A stretch of DNA of 64,000 bases from Octopus sinensis (lineage: Eukaryota). Under the pieces are notes generated by a model, which was not told the DNA's origin, made no database searches, and saw only the letters and a list, made by a program, of their open reading frames with translations. This document shows, one piece after another, positions 53,710 to 64,000 of the stretch. Location: the NCBI RefSeq assembly GCF_006345805.1, contig NC_043000.1, forward strand, positions 30,690,001 through 30,754,000, read 5' to 3'. A program made the position numbers and the translations under genes. Each line of letters starts with the position of its first letter. Position 1 is the first letter of the stretch.

Positions 53710-54583
53710 TATCTTCTTCTTCTTCTTCTTCTTCTTCTTCTTCTTCTTCTTCTTCTTCTTCTTCTTCTTCTTCTTCTCCTTCTCCTTCTCTTTCTTCTTC
53801 TTCTTCTCCTCCTCCTCCCTTCCCTCTTCGGTGGTTTGCGATTTGACGTTGAGCGTGAAATGGATGCCTTCCAATATTAACTTCCCCTGCGGCTATAAAT
53901 CCCAACAGTTAATAACGTAGAGTCTTTTACTGTAAATTTCCTATGCCACACTCAAATATGAGAAGACCTAACGCAAGCTAAATGAGATAAAATTTCACTC
54001 AACCACATTTAGATCGTCAGTTAACTTGCTTGCACCGCGCCATTCCATTTTTTCCTTTTTCTTTTACCCCCACTTCCCCATTTTGGCTTCATTACTTCAA
54101 CCGCTTCTTGTTCCTTTTCTTCTCCTTCTTCTTCTTCTTTTTCTTCTTCTTCTTCTTCTTCTTCTTCTTCTTCTTCTCCATCTTGTTCTTTTCCGTCTTC
54201 TTCTCCTTTTTCTTTCTTCTTCCTTTTCTTCATCTTCTTTTTCTTCCTCTACTACTACTACTACTAAAACTTCTTTCTTTTTTTCGTCTTCGTCTTTTCC
54301 TCCTACCTCTTTTGTCTTCTCCTTTTCTCTTCCCCCCGTCTCTTTCCCCCATATACTCTTCCTTCACCTTCCTTTCCTCCACTTCGTCCATTCTCTCCTC
54401 TCACCCTCTCCCTCTCTCTCCTCTCTCTCTCTCTCCTTCTCTCTTTGTCTCTATTTCATTCTCCATTCTTCTCGTTCTCTTTCTTTCTCTATCACTTTTT
54501 CCCCTTCCTTCGATTTCTTTGTCTCTGCCTCTCTCTCTCACCCTTTGTCCTTTTAATCCCCCCTCTCTCTCTCTCTATCACTT

Positions 54584-54616
<33 letters not shown>

Positions 54617-54650
54617 CTCTCCCGCCTACCCTTCATATCTACCGATCTTT
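53710..54650. repeat. (TTC)n and polypyrimidine low-complexity tracts
   Basis: Read directly from the sequence (53710-53820 and 54100-54650). Confidence 0.9.
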
Positions 54651-55549
54651 TCCATCATCTCCCAATCAGTCTTTTAATACCACCAAGTATATCATTTTCC
54701 AGGTGATTGCGCTATCTTATTTGGCAACTAATTGAAAGTTTAATAATTATCTAGCTGCTATAAGTTTGCTTGCTGTCCGCATCAACCATTTTAGCCATTG
54801 TTCCGCCATTATTTGCTATAACAACGTAATGTTCTTGCAAACAGTTACAACTGTGCCTTAGTAGAACACAGAGCTGTTTTCAAGTTTACTCACTCTTTAT
54901 CGATATTCCGCCATTTCTCTTCCATAAGAAATGATACGTCTAGGTCTATGTACGTGTCTGTGCCAGCGGATACATATGCCTACATAAACACACACGTGTA
55001 TACACATACACACAGACACAGACACACACACACACACACATACACATAAAACTTACATGGAAGAGGATGCGTGGCGTTCAATCATACAATAATATAAATA
55101 ATATATAAATATACATATATGTATATATACATTATATACATATGCATATGTACATACTTACATCTTTACGTATATATAGATATATGCATATGTGGGCACA
55201 GGACGTCATCAAACGTGTACAATAAAAAAAAATCAAGTACGAGTATATAGAATAGGAAATGCTTTTTCGAAAAAGCGAAAAACACAAATGGAAAACAAAA
55301 CAAACATAAAGAACGACCCTTCATCAGTTGTTGGCTGTTTTTCTACTGTCGAGCATTTAACAACAACTATATATATATATATACACTCACACAAACATAT
55401 ATGTGTATACATGCATATACAAGTCCATATAAATATTTCTATCTATATATGTGTGTATACATATACGTAAGTCTTTGGACTAAATTTTTACATGCTAGGC
55501 CACTGGAAATGAAAATTTCTATTAATTTCTATTTCCCTTTGATATAATT

Positions 55550-55590
<41 letters not shown>

Positions 55591-55593
55591 ATA

Positions 55594-58090
55594 TGATTGA
55601 TTGATTGATTGATTGATTCTAGTTTCAGCTTATGAGCTGTGGCCATGCTGGGGCACCGCCATTTGGTGTTGCTACTTGGTTTCACTTCATGGAGGCTTTC
55701 TAGCAACTGCTATTTGGTGCATGAGAGAGTTCGATGCAGCTGCCCTCATCTGCCCCTCCTGCCGTGAAGTTGGTTCATCTGGGACACCTGACAGGAAGAG
55801 ATCCAGCTCCATTTTAAAGACATCTGTATCCACCCCATGCCGGTCTCTCAGGTTCTTCGGGAGGATATTGAAGAGCTGTGGGCCTCGGAAGCCCAGGCTA
55901 TCACAGAATCTTGTCCTACATCTTGATGGCAAGTTTGGAGTCCTAGGCACCACGCAGTGGCGCCCAGTTCTGGCATTTGCGTAACTCTCGATGCCAAAGT
56001 TCAGGACACTTCCCTCCAGGATCTTCCAGATGTATATTATGGCATATCTTTCCTGCCTACGCTCCAGGGAATATAATTTTAATCTCTTGAGTCTTTCCCA
56101 GTAGCTTACATTCTGCATAGAGGCTATCTTCTTCGTGTAGCTTCGTTGGATCGCCTCAAGTTCTGTGATCAACTTGACACTGGATGGTGACCATAGCTGA
56201 GAGCAATAGTCAAAGTGGCTTAGGACAAGTGTCTTCCAGAGGACCATCATGGTTTCTTGTTCTCTTGTTCTAAAGGTTCTAAGAATCCATCCAGCCAGCC
56301 GTCTGCATTTCATTGTCAGTTTAGCAACATGTACATGAAAGGTCGCGTCATCACTCATGTGAATACCCAGGTCACGCACTGATTGTGCCTCTGGGATTGC
56401 AATCCCTCCGGGTCCAGTGTATCCTTGGGTATTGCATTCAGTTTTGCATGCTGATAGTATAAAGCTTCAAACTTTTCAGCATTGAACTGCATGCTATTCT
56501 TTTCAGCCCACTTGTATATTTCGTCCAGCTCATATTGCAGGTGCCTAGTGTCTTCAGGGTTCTGTATTGCCTGTGAAACTTTTGTATCATCTGCATAACT
56601 TGTGATCGTGGCTCTCCGCGTGGCTGAGGGCATGTCTGAGAGGGCCATTATGAACAGTAGTGGTCCCAAAACAGTGTCCTGTGGAACACCGCTCACTATT
56701 TGCGTACTAATGGAAGTGGCCCCATTGGCTACTACCACCTGACTTCTATTCTTCAGAAAGTCGTGAAGCCATTCTCCTAGTTTTCCAACTATGCCAAGAT
56801 CACGCAGTTTGTGACATATCATTCCATGATCGACTTTATCGAAGGCCTTTGCGAAGTCGAGATATATGACTTCCACATTTGAGTGGTTGAGCAGTTGTTT
56901 CAGCACCCAGTCATAGTGCTGCAGGAGCTGAGTTAAGCAGCTTCTTCCTGGTCGGAAACCATGTTGGGTGTCAGGCAACAAGTCATTTTCTTCAAGGAAG
57001 GTGATTAGTTTCCTTCTGACTATTCGTTCCATGACCTTGCTGATGTGTGAGGTCAGAGAGATAGGTCTGTAGTTCTTGGCCTCGCTCTGCTACCTCCTTT
57101 ATGAATAGGGCATATTTTACCTTCCTTCAGTTTTCTTGGAAGTTTGCCAGCTGCAAGGAAGCTCTGAAAGAGGAACTGCAGTGGTCTTGCTAAGACTCTC
57201 TTACATACTTTTAGGAGGATTGCCGGGAATCCATCGGGGCCAATAGCTGAGTCTGTTTTCATTTCATCTATAGCCTTTATTACATCGTCTTCCTTTATAT
57301 CGATGTAATTTATCGTCGCCGCCTCTGATTCTATATCTGCAGTGGTAAAGAAGTCAGTTGGATTGCTGATTTGGAAATGCCCAAGGGGTGGAGTGAAAAC
57401 ACTCTTGAATTGTTCATTCAGTATTTCACTTACCCTCATTGGTTTTCCTGTGAGTGTGCCATCCTTTTCAAGGAGTGGCCCTATCCTACAGTGCACCGTA
57501 GCTGTTTCTTTGGCATACCTGTAGAAAGCTCTGGGGTTAGTTTTTATGTTGTCTATAGCCCAGGCTTCTTTGTCTGCTCTTTCCTTCTCATGGGAGAGTT
57601 GCAGACAATTTTCAATTTCCAACAGTTTTATTTTCAGGCGGGACTTTTCACTGCTTTCAATTTGTTTGTTTAGGCGATTTGAAATTTTTGTACGCCGTCT
57701 CATTAAAATTTTCCTCTCTCTGGGGATTTTGTTCTTGTGTACAGTGGCCTTTCTCTCTGGGACACATTTGTAGCATATGGCTTGCATTACAGACATGAAT
57801 TGTTGAAGTATCATGTCGATATCCGGCGAGGAGAGACATTCAGGCCAGTTGTTTGAGGATCTCTTTCTCAATTTGTTTCCAGTTTGCCTTATTGAAGTTC
57901 AAGCTGGAAAGATTCTGAGGGTTCTTGTAGGCTGCATGTCCGTGCTCTCTTTTGGCCCGTACATGGTCAGCTCTACCATGTTGTGATCCGAGAGTAGTGT
58001 CGGTGTCACTTTCACATTATGGATGAGATCCATATTATTTGTGAAGCAGAGATCCAGTGTGTTACCTGCTCTGGTTGGTTGGAGTATTAC
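55594..58090 (-). mobile_element. 5'-truncated CR1-group LINE (APE end + RT, frameshifted) with (CAAT)n tail
   Basis: PTRAGNTLDLCFTN...SDHNMV (APE); QHGFRPGRSCLTQLL, YLDFAKAFDKVDH, GVPQDTVLGPLLF, YADDTKV (RT); 3' tail ggcggtgccccagcatggccacag...gaaactag. Confidence 0.95.
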
Positions 58091-58096
58091 TTGCTA

Positions 58097-58225
58097 TTAT
58101 ATAATTAGGGCTTAGTAAAATAAATTACTTTGCCACATACTGAACTTAGTAGAAATAGCAGCCCCAAAAAATTTTCTTAGCATTTCTACTACTTAAAGAA
58201 AATTTCTCTCAGATAATGTTACTCT
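58097..58225 (-). repeat. Solo fragment of the HHR-array family (region downstream of the HHR)
   Basis: Reverse complement aligns to gagagaggttttctttaagta...ggctgctatttcta..gagttcagtatg.ggcaaagtaatttattttactaagccc of the array. Confidence 0.85.
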
Positions 58226-58229
58226 AGAC

Positions 58230-58263
<34 letters not shown>

Positions 58264-58274
<11 letters not shown>

Positions 58275-58453
58275 ATTCGAGACAAAACCACTATTTTAAA
58301 ACCAAACAAGGAAAGACTTAATCAATACATAAAATTTTAATATAAATTAAATAAACCGCGGTTTATTTAATTTATATTAAAATTTTATGTATTGATTAAG
58401 TCTTTCCTTGTTTGGTTTTAAAATAGTGGTTTTGTCTCGAATTATATTATATA
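58264..58453. repeat. Perfect 190-bp palindrome of the 20-22 kb pLTR family, centred on CCGCGG
   Basis: Arms checked as reverse complements; centre 58358/58359. The right arm continues to the family 3' end (~58525). Confidence 0.95.
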
Positions 58454-58693
58454 ATATTTTACTATAAAATTGGATTTAACCCTAAATCTGATTTTTCCCT
58501 GTAATTTTGGATTCATTCCCTAATATTTATTATATATATATATATATATACAGAAAGAAAGATAGATAGATAAATAAATAGATATGCGTGTGTGTAAGTG
58601 TGTAACTGTGCGTGAACGCGCATCCATGTTTGTATGAATATATTTACGCATGCACACACTTGCATATGTACAAATACCCTAAAATGCACATAT

Positions 58694-58731
<38 letters not shown>

Positions 58732-59289
58732 ACACACATACACACATGAATATGATAGCGTATTAGTGTGTGTTTGTTAGGGCGAGAAAGAAACATAGAA
58801 ATTGAGAACAGTGATCAATAGAGAAAGAGAGAGAGAGAGAGAGTATAGTTTGTGAGCATGTTGATATGGGAGTATGTATTGACATGAGCCCGTACAAGTC
58901 AAATAATGTTCATCTAAGTCAGGAATTTATCTGGCAAAGTGACCCGACAAATGCTATGTGATATTACTTTCTGACTATTGGAGTGAAACCAGGAAGATGA
59001 AAGGTTTTCCTATCTAGTGAATATAGAAAATACATATATGATATGTCGTGAAATATCACGAGATATACAAGTCATCTCGTAAGACGGTTTGCAAAACTAT
59101 TCAAGTTGTCACTACGTATATATGTATGTATGTATGTATGTACGTATGTATGTACGTATGTATGTACGTATGTATGTATGTATGTATGTATGTATGTATC
59201 TACGTATGTTTGTGTGCATGTTTGTGTGTGTATGTGTGTGTGTTTGTATGTATGTACGTACGTATGTACATATGTATGTATGTGCGTAT

Positions 59290-60735
59290 GTATGTCATTA
59301 TTCAGTTTTATTTCAAGATTTCTTGCCAATAGAGAAAGAGCCGGTTTCTAACCTAGATCCATGTCTCCTTCACTGGAATTTGAACAACATCAACAGGTTA
59401 TATATTTGTGTATGTATGTATGTATGCATGTATGTATGCATGTATGTATGAATGTATGTATACTCTCAGATTTTTATATTTTCTTTTGCGCATGTCTTCT
59501 CAAGCATATACTTGCATATCTAGACATGGTCATATATATATTTAAATGATAAACTTCTGGAAAGTTTTACAGATTTTTACAGTTCCAGTGACGGATTGAA
59601 TTTGTAGTCTTCGATAACCTTTTTTCCTTTCTGGTTTTGAGAAGCCTAATTTCTCAAGATTGGTATTTAGGTAATGTGTTACAATATACCAATACTCCAA
59701 TAATTACAGGTATAAACTTGAACTAGTAATCTGGATAGAGTAACTGCAGATTTCCCAATAGTTCAAGCTTTATGTTAACATCCGCTGGGAAGCTAATTTC
59801 CACAACTTTATACAATTTCTCTTCTCTATCCCAAATCAGTATATAGGTCTATTGTGCTTACATGAAATTTGGGTTTTCACTGGGACATTCCACCAATTAT
59901 GAGTGGTTATGACTTCTACCATACTGTGGGTTCTTATTTCTTTGTCCTTGGGGTTATCCTTCCGACGGATTTCATTATATAGTGTCCTAGCTACAACATC
60001 ACGTCTCATCGGTAGATAATAGCGGGATGACATTTTCGGACAACTGCTTATGATGTGGGTGATATCTTCGGTGTTAACTCCAGAAAGTTTGCCTCGTTTG
60101 TCACATTTTTCCTGCGTCTCTGCCACTTTTGTGCATCAGGTATTTGGTTGAAATTTCCTGTTTCTGGATTGCAAACTCATATCCTTCAAAGTGAGAGGTA
60201 GCAATCCCGTTGTTGGTCCGTCATGGAGTGCTTTGATGATCAATGTTACTATCATCTCTGAGATTTCTACAAACATGACCCTAACCCTTAGCCTTCTTCT
60301 CATACACGCTCATCTTTCCATCTGATATGTTACAGTAGAGTCGTGCGACTTCTTTGGGCATGTATTTAAGGTTATCAGACAAGGAATGCCGTTCAAGGAG
60401 CTTCCTTCCAAGTTTTATGATGTTATCAACCTCATGTATGCAAACTTTGTTAAGGGATGCATTTCAATACTTGGTGGTTAATGATGTTGCCGAAGGGACA
60501 TGATACGACATTCAAAGGCATTTTGGATCGCTCTTAAGCTTCTGCCGCCTTGTTTTCGTTTTAGGTAGAGGCGGTCTACGTCACTTGATGTGGAAATTAT
60601 GTGTGCTGGTTACTAAATTCCGGGTTTTCACATCAATGGTTCGAATCTCATCAATCAGTCAGCTGACATGTTGGTATGAATACTGGCACTGCAAACACAT
60701 AGTAGGACACTGTTTGATTGAATGCAGAGAGTTCA
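59290..60735 (-). mobile_element. Degenerate R4/Dong-clade retrotransposon ending in (CATA)n
   Basis: SDVDRLYLKRKQGGRSL; C..(C)...EDITHIISSCPKM...RRDVVA...WWNVPVKT...HNRP; the 3' UTR runs into CATA repeats. Confidence 0.8.
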
Positions 60736-60749
60736 TAGGATGTATGTAT

Positions 60750-60975
60750 GTATGTCATTGTTCAGTTTTATTTCAAGATTTCATACCAATAGAGAAGGAG
60801 CCAGTTTCTAACTTACATTCAGGGCTTCTTCATTGGAATTTCACCATCAACAACAGGGTATTTTTGTATGCATGTATGTATGTATGTATGTCATTAGTTT
60901 ATTTCAAGATTAGAACCGGTTTCTAACTTAGATCCAAGGTTCCTTCATTGGAATTTCAACAGCAACAACGGTATT
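60750..60975 (-). mobile_element. Two extra tandem 3'-end fragments of the same R4-like family
   Basis: gtcatt.ttcagttttatttcaagatt...gtttctaac.tagatcca...ttcattggaattt is repeated at about 60750-60860 and 60890-60975 (compare 59290-59400), separated by TATG repeats. Confidence 0.8.
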
Positions 60976-62666
60976 TTTGTTTATATATGTATGTCTCTTC
61001 TATTTTTGATCATTAAATTCTTCTTCTCAAGAAGGATCTGGGTTGTAACAAAGATACAATGCTCCATCTTTGGAATGTAGATAACAAAACAAATGTCACA
61101 TTTTAAACTTGAGACAAGTCTTGCATAGTTTTACTCTTCTGTTTACAGATGGTATTTGTAATGCATTAATCAGTGTATTAATTCTTTTTTCTGAAAATCC
61201 AAGCTTATCTGGACTGACAGTTAGGCATGTGCTTACAAAACCAAGTGCTCCAATTATTATTGGTATAAATGTAATTTTTTAAACCGGATATAAAAGCTAG
61301 ATGTTTCGATGCAGTTGTCCATTATCTTCTTTCTCCGATTTTCAAAGAGGTATGTATGTATTTATGTATGTATGTGTATGCATGTATGTATGTATATATG
61401 TTTCTTTCTATGTATGTATGTACGTATGTATTTATGTATGCAAATGTGTATGTATGTATGTGTGTGCATGTATGTAGATATGTATGTATGTATGTGTGTA
61501 TATATATATATATGTATGTGTGTATATGTATATATGTATGTATGTACGTGTGTATGTATGTATGTGTATGTATGTGTATGTATGTGTGTATGTATGTATG
61601 TATGTATGTATGTATGTATGTATGTATGTGTGTGTGTGTGTATGTATGTATGGAAAAAGTACTACGCTTAAACTATTCTTCAAGGTGGTGACCCAGCATG
61701 ACCGCTGTGTAATGACTGAAGCAAAAGATGAACGATGAAAGACATATATGCGAGTGCGTGCGTGTGATTGTGTGTGTGTGTTTGTGCGTGTGCGCGTGTG
61801 TTCATGTGTGCGTGTGCGTGTGCGTGCGTGCGTGTGTGTGCATGTGTGTGCGTGTATGTGCGTGTGTATGTGAGTACGGGTGTGCGTGCGTGCGTGTGTG
61901 TGTGTGTGTGTGCGTGCTTGTTTGTGTGCGTGCGTTTGTGTGTGTGTGTGCATTTTTCCGCTATCATTCCTACTATTCCGACATTTCAATTTTTTAAAGA
62001 TATTCTCCTCTCATCATGTTCCGGTCTTTATGCACCCCAATATTTTTTAATGCCTTTATCCGTCTCAAAGCAATCCATTCAGTTAAAGTTAAAATCCACC
62101 TCGCTCCCTTTTTCTTTTGTCACCTATTTTCCCCGACATGATAACATTTACCAGTGACCCTGTCATTCAACCGACGTGACTCAACCATCATATTTTACAT
62201 CATTTTGCCGCTTTTATGATTCTCTCTCACTTCCCCGTCTATCACCTACGCCCTTCTATCTCTCTCTCTTATTCTCCCTGCTCACTCACATTCATTCCCC
62301 TTCTTTATCTCACACACTCCACTCCTTACTCTCCCTCTCTCCCCATCTCCCGTTTACAGCCAACGCATTGGATTAGTCCACTAGCCCTTCCAGGTAATAC
62401 CAAGAATTCTGCGATTTCATTTCAAAAGCTAATAATTTTATGTCAATGTTTTATTCTCTTCTTTCCATATCTCACATCTAGATAACACAAATGTATTTAT
62501 CATGGATTTTATTAAACTAAGCTTGTCACTCCTTGCAATACACGTGCTTCTCGACATATTATTCATATTCATCTTATATATGATACATACATACAAGCAT
62601 ACTTATATACATGCATATATATATGTATACATATGTATATATACATAAAATTTTATAATTATAAGC

Positions 62667-62908
62667 ATAATTATAATTAGGGTTCTGAAAAATTGTTTCA
62701 CCACATACCGAACCGAAATTTAGAAATAGAAGTTAAATACTATTCTACTATCATAAGATATCTCCCATACAGCAATACTTCCAGCTCACGCAGACAAAGA
62801 GAAAAAGATATTTGGGAGATATCTTATGGTAGTGGAATAGTATTTAACTGCTATTTCTAAATTTCGGTATGTGGTGAAGCAATTTTGCTGAACCCTAATT
62901 ATAATTAT
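62667..62908. repeat. Inverted repeat with ~100-bp arms and ~45-bp spacer, related to the array family 3' end
   Basis: 62667-62767 pairs with 62813-62908; shares ctgctatttcta...gtatgtgg...ccctaattata with 58097-58170. Confidence 0.85.
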
Positions 62909-64000
62909 AGAATTTTTGTATAAGGTTACCGATAATGGTTCTTTTAACATACATACTACTTTGTAAAATTATTAATTTTTAATTTTACCCAGTGTATATA
63001 TATATATATATAAATGCTTTTTCCATTTAATCATATATATGTGTGTGAGAGTATGTGGAGGTAAAACTACAGAAATATATTTCCCTAGGAAAGTTTTACA
63101 CATACAAATGCACACAGACTCACAGAAAAATAAACACACTCACACTCACATATACACGAACACATACAGGTACATGAACGAACACACACGCACTCACACA
63201 CACACACAAAGAGAGAAGTGATAAAAAAAATTCTGGTTGCTTTAAAAAAAGTTCTCGTATAAAAATGGTTTTAATATCAAAAGGTTTCTGTGTTTAAACT
63301 TCAGTGCACGCGTTGGAACTAAAAGAAATTTTACAACAAAAGAGAAAATCATTACAAAGGACCGATTTTCAAATCACTGGTTTCTGCAAACAAACCACCG
63401 TATTATTATTTTTCTCTTTTTTATCTTTTTTTTTTTTTGCAAATCTGACATTGGTGATAATTCGTCCACCTATCTTCAATGTACCTTTAAAATCCTTTAA
63501 TTTACCTGCTAGGATTTCTTCAAGTTACATATGATATACCTTAATGGGTATCCCTGCTCGATTCCGAATCTTCTGCCAATTCATTGCAATGTTTCACCAT
63601 TATTCAAAAGTGAACAAATACACAGGTAACGACGAAACTCCAGCAATATATTCATGTATGTGTGTGTGTATTGTGTGTGTGCGTGTGTATGCCTGTGTCT
63701 GTATGCGTGTGTCTGTTAAATTGCGATTATAAATTTGAAGCAAATATGAGAATAATAAGAAAATATTTATGGAAACTCACTGCTGAAATTACTGTCGAAT
63801 CTATCGTAAATTTTAGCATTTACTGGGGAATGAAATTTCGCCTGAGACTTACTCAGACAAGTGAGGCTGCTTTAGAGATGTACATCGTAAATTAAGTCTT
63901 TTAGCTGAAGTCATTTCCCTAGTGAACCTTCTTAATCGCCCCTCAGTTCATTTCATAAGAACAACTGTTTGAAGATCAAAGCTACAAAGAGTAATCTAAT

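Overview
AT-rich, microsatellite-saturated eukaryotic genomic DNA. The SINE families and repeat landscape look like an octopus/coleoid cephalopod, but that is recognition-based inference, not a database result. Most supplied ORFs are artefacts of (TA)n/(CA)n/(GATA)n tracts. The supportable content is: (1) decayed retroelements, namely several Penelope-like elements (PLE; RT + GIY-YIG), a CR1-group LINE, two R4/Dong-type RLE retrotransposons, a HERO-like 3' fragment, an ORF1-only L1-like element and tRNA-derived SINEs; (2) mariner remnants and MITEs; (3) hand-built minus-strand exon chains for one, possibly two, small secreted proteins of unknown family. The most striking signal is RNA-level: about 18 type I hammerhead ribozyme (HHR) motifs. 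Five of them sit one per unit in a ~557-bp x5 tandem array (35761-38568) that looks like a retrozyme/self-cleaving satellite. Several fold-back inverted duplications have their turning points at or near predicted HHR cleavage or stem III sites. No ribozyme activity, expression or homology search could be tested here.
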